Source: Octopus bimaculoides
Taxonomy: Eukaryota
Assembly: GCF_001194135.2 (NCBI RefSeq)
Contig: NC_068990.1
Location: forward strand, 90,354,959-90,418,958
Direction of reading: 5' to 3'
Length of the DNA stretch: 64,000 bases
Of the stretch, positions 23,186 through 36,217 are shown piece by piece. The notes beneath the pieces were generated by a model, which saw only the letters and a list, made by a program, of their open reading frames with translations, ran no database searches and had not been told where the DNA came from. The position numbers were made by a program, and so were the translations under genes. Position 1 is the stretch's first letter. Each line of letters begins with the position of its first letter.

Positions 23186-24349
23186 ACTCACCGGCTCACC
23201 ATCCCCATTTACTCAACGAGCGTGAAGAACAAGTGAAAGGAAAGAAGGTCGAATTATTTAATCAAAAGCAGATATTTCGCTCGTCAACTTCATAATTGAC
23301 GTCCTTCTTTACAAATATATTCGATATATCCCGAGTAATTACGGCCAGCGGGCAAATAAAATTTCATTTCATTTAACTAATTTCGTACGATCGAGTAGCA
23401 CGGATATCGCAATAAACTGTGCGGCGACCAAATTGTAAGATGAGTTTCATTATATGATTATTTGCACATTCTGTAGTAATGTAATAAAACTAATTCTAGA
23501 TATGCTAATGAATGTTAGCATTCATCAAATCGAATGACGATTTTAATATCCGCTTTCATTATCTTTAATGTTTGCTATTTTAACTTTTCATATTGTTATA
23601 AAATTTTGATGAGCCAATATCATTCTTCAAATAAATCGACAATTTATTACATGTCATTTCAAGATTCTTATTAACGTAAAAGTCGTTCGAGTACATAGAG
23701 AAGGCACAACAACAATAATAGCAATAATAAACTGCAACAGATAGAAGGATAACAGTAATAACCACGCCGACGATAAAACAGGCATTCAGAAAATAGCATC
23801 TCTCGAATGAGGAAGGGTTAGCTCTATGAATGACCCATGAAATTTCTACTCTGCTTCAGGAAAGTAGGGGCAAATAACTTGGATATATATCTTGAAAGAG
23901 AAGTAAAGTTATCAGGATACTTTGAGATAAAAGTCAGCCAAGGGATGCAGTCCGGTTTTTGTACTTAAACGAAACTATTAACGTTGTTACTAAGATCTTG
24001 AAAACAGGGGCGTTTTCTTTTCTTTTCTTTTTTTTTTTTCTGCGTCAGAACACCAGTCGCCAAACTGTTGTTGATGTTTAGAGTAAACTCTTGTGTGGTG
24101 CTGAGGCTACATTAGTCGGTGTTTCGTCAGGTGGTGAAGAAACTCTATTGGTGTTTCGGCCCCTTCCTGTGCAATACCAGAGCTTCCTGGGGCTACCTAC
24201 CAAGATACAGAAACAATAGTTAAAACGATTCCACAGTCCTAAACTTCTAGCAGCGATCTTTTTACCCCCCTACATCTCTATCTCTGTTGTTAAGACGGTC
24301 TACTTAAGGCTCCATAATCCAATATGCTCTTCATGCATTATGTCTGTGC

Positions 24350-24540
24350 TTCCATTGCTTGACAACCGATGTTGGTGTGTTCACGTCCCCGTAACTTAGC
24401 GGTGCGATAAAAGAAACCAATAGAATAAATACTAGGCTTACAAAGAGTAAATCTTGGGGTTGATTCGTTCGACTAAGGGCGGTGCTCCAGCATGGCCGCA
24501 GTCAAATTATTGAAACAAATGAAAGAATAAAAGAATAACT
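24350..24540 (+). mobile_element. SINE family B, 3' half
   Basis: gcttgacaaccgatgttggtgtgttcacgtccccgtaacttagcgg...ggcggtgctccagcatggccgcagtcaaa..gaaacaa. Confidence 0.9.
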
Positions 24541-25808
24541 GCATTTCTCATGATGTTACTTCCTTTATGATTGTCTCCTAAACATCCATTTCCAGGGTGT
24601 ATATATGTAAACGTGTATGAGAGAACGAAAATATCAACCAGACCAAAATAATGAAATTTACCGAAAGTTATATTTTCTTAATAAATAATTCAAGTAATAA
24701 GAAACTAGATAAATACCCACCCATGAGAAATAATATATTTCAAGATATTTCCTGTCACAACAAAAATGAATTTTAAATGTTTTCCCAAAAGAGATAAAAA
24801 TAAGTTTTAAATTCTCTTCCTATCACTCATTATCTCTATCTTATATCATATTTCCTAATCATCTCTGTGTTTTTTTCTTTTTTACATTTTTCTCTTTTGT
24901 TTTCAACTTCTACTTTTTTATTCTGTTAATTATGATGCCAACCAATTCAATAGTTATTTGCTATATTAAACGATACATGAGATATCACTCTTGCTTTTCT
25001 TCTTCTTGTTGTCGTTATTTTCTCCTGACTCCATTTAGACGTAAATATTTTGCTCTGAGAATTATCAATCTATTCGAACGTAACCGAAGGATTTAATTTT
25101 TCTTTTTGGATATTATTTCAATCAGAGACTATTTTTGAAGTTTAGAATCTTTGCCCCGGGCTTACACCAAACATTGTGATCGGACCATTTAAAACATATC
25201 TATCTTAATTTAATCGTTTAACTCGTAGTCGAAAAATCGTTTCTTGTTACAGAGGAAATGCCCTCCCCACAAAATATCACACTGAATAAAGTAAGAAAAA
25301 TTAGATATAACATTAGTGAACGCGCAAAAAAACAAAATACTGACATTCCTAGTAAAAATAAAATAAAATAAAATAAAATAAAACAGAATGTATCGTAGCA
25401 TAGAAGAGATGTTTGACAACAGCACCACTGCATGTTAATATATTCTGTGAAACAAAAGCTTGGTAAACACCAATCAATTCTCTTCTTTCGCAAACGTATT
25501 TTAGAACGAAAATACAATTCTGGATATGAAGTAATGTTGCTAAAAGAACTAAAGATTGGTAACATCTTCATTATAATCTGGGCGTCAGAAACACTCAGCC
25601 CTTAACACAGTTTATAAATGTTCCTTTCTAGCTTCGTGGAATTCATTTGTTTCTTCTCCTTGCAACAAATCCGTTCCTCTTACTAATACAAAGAAACAAA
25701 ATGGACCCTGCCATAAGAATGACTGGAGTTCTTCACTAATCTAAATAATATTGCTAGCCTGGTGTGCCAACACAGAGCCTATGAAGTATTTTGCTCAGAT
25801 TGATAATC

Positions 25809-25852
<44 letters not shown>

Positions 25853-26063
25853 NNNNNNNNNNNNNNNNNNNNNNNNNNNNNNNNNNNNNNNNNNNNNNNN
25901 NNNNNNNNNNNNNNNNNNNNNNNNNNNNNNNNNNNNNNNNNNNNNNNNNNNNNNNNNNNNNNNNNNNNNNNNNNNNNNNNNNNNNNNNNNNNNNNNNNNN
26001 NNNNNNNNNNNNNNNNNNNNNNNNNNNNNNNNNNNNNNNNNNNNNNNNNNNNNNNNNNNNNNN

Positions 26064-26101
<38 letters not shown>

Positions 26102-26741
26102 GAGAGAGAGACAGACAGACAGAGAAAGAGACAATACATAGTTGGGTAGATAGGTGGATGAAGACATAGATGCATTAAGTATTGCATTTTCGTTTTTAAA
26201 TCTTGAATATAACCCTGGAAGTAAAATTCTACACAACGATCCATTAAAGCTTTCGTTAAAACGCACACACACGCGCACAAACACTTGCACACAGTCATGT
26301 ACACCGATATGAACATTGTTACCATTGCGATGATATGTGTAAGAATGGCACCAGCAGCTGCGAACATTAAATATGTCTGCTGGAGAACTACGCGTATCTA
26401 TTGAAAGAATGAAATGCCTCGTGATGAATATTTGGCTATTTTAGTTCGATATTCTTGCAATCCTGGAAATGACCAAAGATGCGATTGAAGTACTTCTCAT
26501 CCCACCGCTCCCTCCCCCTCTCTCTCTGTATCTATCCATCTGTCACCCTGTTAAGCTTTATTTACCTTTTACTTATTATTGGCACATTGGACTGCTTGCG
26601 GACATGCTGGAGCAGATCGAATGCAGCGTTTATTTTGTTTGATTTTTTAAAAAAATCTATTATACTATGGCTCTGCACGTAAGCAAACCGAGACCAAAGT
26701 GGGTCGAAAAGCATATGCACTCGCACACACACATATACACG

Positions 26742-26808
<67 letters not shown>

Positions 26809-26879
26809 TACGCAAAGCGAACTTCTTAATCACTTCTGTGCTTGCGCCTTGTATGGAGAGTAGGTCTATACTCAGGTGA

Positions 26880-27125
26880 CACACTCTTAAGGTAAGTTAA
26901 TATCAGAAGATGAATTTTCCATGAGGACTCGCTGCCCCCTTTAATATTTGTCTTATGTTTGATCCCCCTCGGTTTAGTATTAAGGAAGGCAAAGGCAGGG
27001 CTTAGAAATAGTAAAGGAAGAATTAACCATTTGCTCTACATGGATGATCTGAAGCTTTTTAGTAAGAATGAAAAAGCGACAGATTCCTTAATACAGACTG
27101 TAAGACTCTTCAGCAAAGATACAGG
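26880..27125 (+). mobile_element. R4/Dong-like LINE reverse-transcriptase fragment
   Basis: IRR*IFHEDSLPPLIFVLCLIPLGLVLRKAKAGLRNSKGRINHLLYMDDLKLFSKNEKATDSLIQTVRLFSKDTG: RT motifs (QGD-SLSPL-like and YMDD). Confidence 0.9.
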
Positions 27126-27289
27126 CAACCAAACACGGGTTTTACCGCATCAGGACAATAATTGATCTTGTATGGTGTTTAATACGGTGCTACTCGTCTC
27201 TTACGCACACGCATCACGAAATAAAATACAAATATAAAAGCTATCATCACCCTGGATTCCATCACACTTGTCGCCATTCTGAGCTGCAA

Positions 27290-27661
27290 TTCAAAGAGAA
27301 AGAGAGAGAGAGAGAAAGAGAGTGAAAGAAAGAAAGAGAGAGAGGGAGAGAGAGAGAGAGAAAGAGGGAGAGAGAGAGAAAGAGGGAGAGAATGAAAGAG
27401 AGAGAGAATGAAAGAAAGTGAGAAAGAAAGAGAGAGGGAAAAAGAAAGAAAGAGAGAGAAAGTGAGAAAGAGATAGAGGACGAAAAAAAGAAAGAAATAG
27501 AGAGAAAGAGTGAGAGAGAAAGAAAGAGACAAAGAAAGCGAGAGAGAGACAGAAAGAAAGAAACAGAGAGAAAAAGAAAGAGAGAAATAAAAAGAGAAAG
27601 AGAAAGAAAGAGAGAGAGAAAGAAAGAGGGAGAGAGAAAGAAAGAGAGAGAGAGAGTTAGA
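27290..27661 (+). repeat. Degenerate (GA)n/(GAAA)n polypurine tract running into a gap
   Basis: About 370 bp, almost entirely purines. Confidence 0.9.
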
Positions 27662-28634
27662 NNNNNNNNNNNNNNNNNNNNNNNNNNNNNNNNNNNNNNN
27701 NNNNNNNNNNNNNNNNNNNNNNNNNNNNNNNNNNNNNNNNNNNNNNNNNNNNNNNNNNNNNNNNNNNNNNNNNNNNNNNNNNNNNNNNNNNNNNNNNNNN
27801 NNNNNNNNNNNNNNNNNNNNNNNNNNNNNNNNNNNNNNNNNNNNNNNNNNNNNNNNNNNNNNNNNNNNNNNNNNNNNNNNNNNNNNNNNNNNNNNNNNNN
27901 NNNNNNNNNNNNNNNNNNNNNNNNNNNNNNNNNNNNNNNNNNNNNNNNNNNNNNNNNNNNNNNNNNNNNNNNNNNNNNNNNNNNNNNNNNNNNNNNNNNN
28001 CACCACTATATCATATATCTCTGTAACCCTCTCTCTCTCTCTCTCTCTTTCTTCCCCTTCCCCCTCTCTCTGTCTGTCGCATAGCATCTCTCTCTACGCC
28101 TCTGCCTTCTCCATCTTCTCCACGTCATCTTTGCACGTCATAACAGTCTTACGTAGGAAATACAAAACAGTTTTCTTCGCGATCGTAAAAAAAATAAGAC
28201 CGAAAACCGCGATAATTTCCAACACAGTAAATGCAACGGATCTAATTATATTTAAGTCTTACTTTAAAAATTCTAATATAAGCAAGTCTACTTGACTAAC
28301 ATACACCTACACACGCACGCACACACGCACACACACATACACACACACACATGTAGTCTACAATAATGACTACATCTACAGCAATCAAAAGAAACACCGC
28401 ACCATTTCCACCAACAATGTCGTCAACACCGCGACCACTGACGCCATGCATCTTGAACCACGACATACTAGAAAAAGCAGCCAAATTCTCCTCAAATCTC
28501 GAGGCTCCGAAATGTAGGAAACTGACAGGATGGCCATAGATGGGTTGTATTTGATGCCCAATTATCGCGGGTGTTACGTTCCAAACTTTCGTGATAGATG
28601 AAAATCCGCGAAGTAGAAACAGTACTGTACTGTA

Positions 28635-28887
28635 CTCTTTACTCTTTTACTTGTTTCAGTCATTTGACTGCGGCCATGCTGGAGCACTGCCTTTAGTCGA
28701 GCAAATCGAATCCAGAACTTATTCTTTGTAAGCCTAGTACTTATTCTATCGGTGTCTCTTTTGCCGAACCGCTAAGTTACGGGACGTAATCACACCCGCA
28801 TCAGTTGTCAAGCGATGTTGGGGGGACAAACACAGACACACAAACACACACACACCGAGACACATACACACCGAGACACACACACAC
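28635..28887 (-). mobile_element. SINE family B, 3' half (5' half probably in the gap)
   Basis: ctcttttactcttttacttgtttcagtcatttgactgcggccatgctggagcac...gttgtcaagcgatgttggggggacaaacacagacac. Confidence 0.9.
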
Positions 28888-30141
28888 NNNNNNNNNNNNN
28901 NNNNNNNNNNNNNNNNNNNNNNNNNNNNNNNNNNNNNNNNNNNNNNNNNNNNNNNNNNNNNNNNNNNNNNNNNNNNNNNNNNNNNNNNNNNNNNNNNNNN
29001 NNNNNNNNNNNNNNNNNNNNNNNNNNNNNNNNNNNNNNNNNNNNNNNNNNNNNNNNNNNNNNNNNNNNNNNNNNNNNNNNNNNNNNNNNNNNNNNNNNNN
29101 NNNNNNNNNNNNNNNNNNNNNNNNNNNNNNNNNNNNNNNNNNNNNNNNNNNNNNNNNNNNNNNNNNNNNNNNNNNNNNNNNNNNNNNNNNNNNNNNNNNN
29201 NNNNNNNNNNNNNNNNNNNNNNNNNNNNNNNNNNNNNNNNNNNNNNNNNNNNNNNNNNNNNNNNNNNNNNNNNNNNNNNNNNNNNNNNNNNNNNNNNNNN
29301 NNNNNNNNNNNNNNNNNNNNNNNNNNNNNNNNNNNNNNNNNNNNNNNNNNNNNNNNNNNNNNNNNNNNNNNNNNNNNNNNNNNNNNNNNNNNNNNNNNNN
29401 NNNNNNNNNNNNNNNNNNNNNNNNNNNNNNNNNNNNNNNNNNNNNNNNNNNNNNNNNNNNNNNNNNNNNNNNNNNNNNNNNNNNNNNNNNNNNNNNNNNN
29501 NNNNNNNNNNNNNNNNNNNNNNNNNNNNNNNNNNNNNNNNNNNNNNNNNNNNNNNNNNNNNNNNNNNNNNNNNNNNNNNNNNNNNNNNNNNNNNNNNNNN
29601 NNNNNNNNNNNNGTCACTATTACTACAATCATTATCGACATCACCGCCATTATCACCTGACATCACTATCACCACGACCACCACGACCACCACTACCACC
29701 ACCACGACTATGACCACCACCACCGCCACCACCGGCATCAACAATTACAACCTGTTGACACACTTTTATCTCTACAACAAACAACCACCGTCACAGCACA
29801 AACAACTATCGACAACTACCGCAATATGGAACACAACAACAACAAGAAACAAAACCAACGTGAATAGTAAGCTCAATAACAACAACAAGATTAATAATAA
29901 CAATAATAATAACTACCAAGTTACAATTACTCTTGACTAGAATCACCTAAAATAAACAACAAAATCAGAAGAAAAAAAACCTACTAAATTACTTAGCATA
30001 CCTGATGTCTTTGATATGATTCGCCATTCTAGAGACGTGATTTTCAATCGCTTTAATGTAATGTTGTATGTATAAGCAGGTAGAATGGTTGTTGGTGTTG
30101 CGTTGGAAGAGAAATACATTGGTAGATAGGTGTCTAAATAA

Positions 30142-30219
<78 letters not shown>

Positions 30220-30308
30220 ATCTAATCACATAAAAATATATGTTGCGAAATAGATAAAAAAAAATATTGGTTATTTTGTCGGTCTCTTTGCATACATACA
30301 AATGCATA

Positions 30309-30344
<36 letters not shown>

Positions 30345-30347
30345 GAT

Positions 30348-30382
<35 letters not shown>

Positions 30383-31044
30383 ATATATATATATATATAA
30401 AGGTGTGTGCGTGTGTAAAAATGTTAGAAAGTATTTCCTTATAAATGGACATTTTTTATTTCAACAGGTAAATCTGAAACGGGATCAACTTTAAAAAATG
30501 AATTGATTGAAATCGCTTGTAAATAAACTTGTGTATCTAATATATAGGGCAAGGTGTATTTTATGTCTCATTATCTGTTCGTCTCTCTTTGTCTTTCTCT
30601 CTCACTCTCTGTTAACCTCTTCTTTTTCTCTCTCCCCCCACGCTCTTTCTCTATATCGCTCGCTGTCTTTCTCTCTCTTCCTCTACCTCCGCCTCCACGA
30701 CACAGAATTCTCCTCTCAAGTCGAACATTCGAAGATGGGTGACAACAGATCAAAGTTAGTCGTTGTAAAGAACGATGCATACATACATACATACATACAT
30801 GCATACATACATACATGCATACATACATACATACAACTGTGTAGGTATATGTATGTATATATACACACACATGCGCGCAAATGCACACATTATAAATGTT
30901 TGATTTTATGTCAGTTATATTCAAAGCAATTTCACTTTAAAGTGAAGAATTACTCGATCCTCTTCTGGAAAATATGCTTGTTTAACCTTTACAAGGCAAA
31001 TACTTACCGCGACTTCGAAGTTACTACGAACTCGCCTTCAGTAG

Positions 31045-32150
31045 ACTATATATACAAAAAATTGTACGCAAACTTGTGTCTGTAATTTATTAAAACAAAA
31101 GTAGGGTTGAACAATTACATAGTTATTTGACATAGTCTCCTCGCTTTTCGATGCCTTTCTTCCAGTGGTCCACAAGCTTGCTTGTTCAATCGGAGAAGGC
31201 TTTTCACAGGTCGCGCAGCCCTTTATTTACCGCTTCCACCACTTATTTGTCCGTTTCAAATCGACGACCTCGTAAAGGATATTTGAGCGGGCCAAAGAGG
31301 TGATAACCGGAAGGGGATAGATCTGTATGCAATGGTTTCAACGATGTGGGCGGCCGTATGTGCGCAAGCATTGTCGCGCAACGGTAACATTTGCTTTGAC
31401 AATAGAACCCGATGTTTAGCGCGAATTGCTGGTTTCAGTTTTTTGGCCAGCATTACACCGTAGCCTTTACTGGTAATTGAAAACCTCTTTTTCTAGGTAA
31501 TGTTCCAGTATAGACATATTTCTGCCCTAAAATATAGTTAGCATCACTTTTCTGCTGAGGGCTGAGAATTGAATTTCTTTCTAGATGGCTATTCCGGGCG
31601 TTTCCACTCCATTCTCTGCCTTTTGGATTATAGCTCAAAGTGATGGACCCAGGTCACATCTCCTGTAATTATTCTGTGCAAAACCGTGTCGCCTTCATCA
31701 TCGTTGCGGTGAAATAATCTTTGACAGACCTCCACACGACTGTGCTTATGTGTGGCACCCATCTCGCACAGAAACGAAGCTTATCGAGGATGATTCCGTG
31801 TGCAAAACCTTGACAAATTTGCAGAAAATATACCATGCCATTGATGGTGACTCGTTGGGTCACCAGAACCATTTTTTCGTGCTTGCTGAATCTTCACATC
31901 CATGGTTGAAATTGATGAGCGCCATGATCCCCCTTCGTGCTTCACGATTGTCCGACCATTCTTAAACATCTCAATCCACTCAATCACAATTTTGCGCAGT
32001 CGAAACCCTGCGATGAATTTCAGAGCCTGACACACCACCAGACCAGAGTAATCGGATCACTGATCCATCCTTTCTTGGTGCACATGGTCAGCAGAGGGGG
32101 GGGGCATTCTTATTCTGTAACACAAGAAAAAATATTGGAGTGATTAAGAT
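31045..32150 (-). mobile_element. Mariner (DD34D-type) transposase pseudogene, nearly full span
   Basis: Minus-strand fragments in order: CTK..SVIR, EWIEMFKNGRT, RVTI..CARWVP, ITGDVTWVHHFE, KLKPAIRAKHR.LLSK..L.DNA.AHTAA, VVEAVNK..KLVDHW. There are many stops and frameshifts. A TIR-like remnant is near 31050; none was seen at the 5' end. Confidence 0.9.
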
Positions 32151-32445
32151 CAAACCTGGGTTACGTAAGTGCAAGAGAACCCTAAAGCAGCGAGTGTTAA
32201 GGTCAACGCTATCGACGTAAAGAAAGTTTTGGCGAAAGACTTCTTCTAGTGCGTGTGTATACACTCACATATAGAAACGTCACTGGTCTTGGATAGTCAT
32301 ATCCTTTTTTTATTTATACATACAAGTAGAAAAATAAATTTTTATTCAACGAGTAGACACTGAACAGTAGGGGATAAAATACATAGGGGATAAAATCCTC
32401 CTCCTCCTCCTCCTGCTCTTTTTTCACCTCCCCATCGTTCTCCTC

Positions 32446-32800
<355 letters not shown>

Positions 32801-32802
32801 TT

Positions 32803-32915
32803 ATAAGGCGACGAATTGGAAGAATAGTTGGCACACCGGATGAAATTCTGAGCAGCGTTTCCTCCGTCATTATGTTCAGAGTTCAAATTTCGCCGAGATG
32901 ACTTCGAAATTAAAA
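32803..32915 (+). mobile_element. SINE family A head fragment
   Basis: aaggcgacgaattggaagaatagttggcacaccggatgaaat...gagttcaaatttcgccgag. Confidence 0.75.
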
Positions 32916-33099
32916 CGTTACTTGAGCCAAACCTCTCCTGAATCGAGATACGTAGATACACCTTCGTTTTTAGGCAAAATTTTCTGAAGAAGTCTTTAAT
33001 TCCCATAATGTCAAAGTTAACTGCTTGTGCTTAATATCACTTTCTGCATCTCACACTATTACAAAAGCAAATACGCAGCAACACGGTCTCCACTCTGGA

Positions 33100-33340
33100 A
33101 CAAACTCTGCAACGTCTGGAATCTTACGAAGTGCCTACACAAAGGGCTCTACCTCTCAGAAGTTGTAGTGTATAAAGCTAACCTCACACTACCCAATGGC
33201 ATCTCGAGGCACCACACTGGCAAAACAACCAACGATTTTAAGGGAAAATTTACGCAACACATATGTTCTTCAAGATATAGAAACCTGGTAAAAAGCTTTT
33301 CGATGTCATAACATCTGGAGACCCCAGAACTAAGAGAATG
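33100..33340 (+). mobile_element. Penelope-like GIY-YIG endonuclease remnant
   Basis: CN..N.TKC.HKG.YLSEVVVYKANLTLPNGISRHHTGKTTNDFKGKFTQH..S.R resembles the Penelope 'C.C..C.L.G.CL...VVYKA.V....YIG.T...FK.R...H..SFR'. Confidence 0.65.
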
Positions 33341-34639
33341 TGTTTCCTTTAAAATCATATGTCTCATACTTGAGAGGGTCCTCCTTTACTCATCTAGAGT
33401 CGATAATTACCAACTTCTTCATCGGCAATTTTCATATCGTAGGTTCTAAGTAAACCTAATGAATAAAAACTATAATTCGATGTAAAACTACAGAAGACTG
33501 TGTGATGTGAGGAGATGTGAGATTAATGTCGTTCCTGGCTGCCAACCACATAGATTGGTTTTCTTTTTGTCATTTAAACATGCTGTGGAATATTAGAATT
33601 ATCAGACCATCAGTATTTTCCTAGATTTTTGTTTTATCCTCGGATGAAAACAAATAAGTACGTTTCTCTTAAAATTTTATTTTTCAGTTAAGTCTAGCAA
33701 TTTTCTAATAAGATATTAGACGTTATCTTATTTACGATATTTCCCAACAAACGTGACTTGAAATATAAATCATCTTGTGATTAATATTTCAAGTATTAAT
33801 CATCGTGAGAATATTGTCATTTAATAATAATTTAGAGTGAAAAGATTTGTATTTGCAGACTCATTCAAACAAACAATAGCTGGGGATTAAACTTTTAACA
33901 TTCGGAATTATGGTGATAAGAGATATTTGCACAAGAATTCTATTTTAACAATCAGCCAACAGCTGTGTGTAGTTGTGTATAACAATAATAGTTTAGAACA
34001 GAAGTGGAGAACATCGCTCTCATTCCAATTAGAAAAACCTAATGCCGATGTCTCTAAAAATTCATATCAGAAAAAACAATTACACGGTTTATAATTTGCT
34101 TATTTATCATTTAATTAAAGATTCACATTTTTAGTGACAGAAACACACTTTCTCGGAAATGTACTTTCACAGGTTCTTACGCATTTGAGATTCATCGCAG
34201 GTTCTAAAACAATTTCACGTCTGTGGTTAAGAATAATACATGACTGGAGCAAACACGAACGCTGCCTAAAATCGTAGACTTGTGAAGTTTTCACATGAAG
34301 CTGTAATCAAAATAGATATATATTGCAACCATTAGTAACTTGACTAATAAATGTCTTGCAAGATTTTGTGAAAATCTGTTGGAGATTGAATTTAGTAGAG
34401 TTCTACGTTAATGGAAATTCTAGTAGTTCTATATCATTGTTTCAAAGAGATCGGAGAGGATCAATCATTGTCTTGTTACCATTCCAGGCTCAAACATGTC
34501 TGAAACACAAAAATTTGCGCGGTGCCAACCGTTTGTATTGCGTTCGTCTGAAGGTTAAGCAAAGGTGATAAACATGCAAATGCAGAGCATAATAAACGCA
34601 TTATGTGTGACTGTGTGATTGATGTCAGTAGTCACTGGT

Positions 34640-34670
34640 ACGACTACTACTACTACTACTGCTACTACTA

Positions 34671-34747
<77 letters not shown>

Positions 34748-34754
34748 GCTGCTG

Positions 34755-34789
<35 letters not shown>

Positions 34790-34790
34790 G

Positions 34791-34825
<35 letters not shown>

Positions 34826-34860
34826 ACTACTACTATTACTACTACTATTACTACTACTAC

Positions 34861-34897
<37 letters not shown>
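34640..34897 (+). repeat. Interleaved (CTA)n/(CTG)n array, then (AAT)n
   Basis: Direct reading. Confidence 0.95.
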
Positions 34898-34898
<1 letters not shown>

Positions 34899-34979
34899 TT
34901 CAAAGTTTAGCCCAAGGCTAGCAATTTGGTGGGCAATACCGCCCACCAAATTGCTAACCTTGGGCTAAACTTTGAAATT
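34896..34979. repeat. 39-bp-arm hairpin, 6-nt loop, 1 mismatch
   Basis: aatttcaaagtttagcccaaggctagcaatttggtgggc-aatacc-gcccaccaaattgctaaccttgggctaaactttgaaatt. Confidence 0.97.
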
Positions 34980-35125
34980 GCATTGATCCCTGTATTCAAC
35001 CTCAACTGATACTTAATTTATCGATCCCAAAAGGATGAAAGACAAAGTCAAACCTGGTGGCATTTGAAATCGGTAAGGACGGACGAAATGCGGCTAAGCA
35101 TTTTTTCCTGAGTGCTAACGATTTA
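34980..35125 (-). mobile_element. SINE family A, diverged
   Basis: tacttaatttatcgatcccaaaaggatgaaagacaaagtc...gacggacgaaatgcggctaagcatttt..gtgctaacgatt. Confidence 0.8.
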
Positions 35126-36011
35126 GTTGTTATTTATAGCTTCAATGTATTGAACTGGGAATATCAAAGAAATTCGACAGGAAAATACGTAACATGTTGC
35201 CTTGCAACCCAAAGGCAAACACGGCTCGTGTTTACCTTCTCAGAGCCCAAGGATATCGGGGCTTGATCCTATTTGAACACTCATAAAACCACCACAATTG
35301 AACCGACCAAATATTGGCTACCACCTCTTTAAACAGTAAAAAAATGCGTGTATAAAATGGTCGCCCAGTTTCGTTTGCGCTCCTCGCACATCCCACACAA
35401 CGCAACTATATCAAGCAGAGGGACTTAAGCATTTCAATCTCTCAAATGAAGTGAAAAGTAAATATCTTCAAACCATTTCTCTTTTCAAGATGTCTTTTCA
35501 TATCATTACTGTTATTTTTCTTCTAACATTAATTATCACGTGATATTAAAATCATGATAATTGTAAAGTGATGCACGTCCTCATGAAGAGAGCAGTTTAC
35601 GGCAATGAATTGAAAATTAAGTCCCGTCAGAACTAATAAACAAACGGATTATAACTAAGCAATCGATTTAAATATGCCAGAATGATGATTGTTAGTCAGG
35701 CATTGAACACAGTTATTGATTCTAACCGCAGAAGGAATGACTAAATACCGTGGTGTTAGTTGGATGCTGGTCATTCAGCTGAAATTCTGTTGAATAATGA
35801 ATAATTATAATTCTATTTTAGGGGGCTTACTGTTTACATTGGACTAGCTATATATGTGTGCGTACGTGTGTGTACGTATGTGTGTGTGTGTGTTTGGGTG
35901 GGTTGGTGAGTGTTTGGGTGTATGTGCGTGGGTGCTACAATTGTATAGTTATTTAGCCCCAGGCCGGCTTGATCAAACTAAAGTTATGAAACTGTAAATA
36001 TATCCTTTCTA

Positions 36012-36217
36012 CTAAAAAACAAGTCCTGGAATTGGTGTGGGGTGAGATAGTCGATTACATCAATCCAGTACATGACTGGTACTTAATTTATCGACCCCAA
36101 AAGGATGAAAAGCAAAGTCGACTTCGGTGGAATTTGAACCCCCAGAACGTATAGACGGACGAAATGCTGCTAAGCATTTTATCCGGTGTGCTACCGGTTC
36201 TGTCTGGTCGCCACCTT
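36012..36217 (-). mobile_element. SINE family A, full length
   Basis: tagtcgattacatc..ccagt..ctggtacttaatttatcgacccc.aaaggatgaaa.gcaaagtcgac...gtcgccacctt. Confidence 0.88.

Noticed and set aside
24010-24230. Strong polypyrimidine tract plus CAG, a possible splice acceptor
   Set aside because: All three frames downstream stop within about 70 nt and there is no good donor. A non-coding exon cannot be excluded.
25400-25570. Weak hAT dimerisation-domain similarity (YVCER) on the minus strand
   Set aside because: A single short motif is not enough to call.
34619-34864. Mucin-like poly-Thr/Ala ORF
   Set aside because: Pure CTA/CTG microsatellite running into (AAT)n and a SINE.
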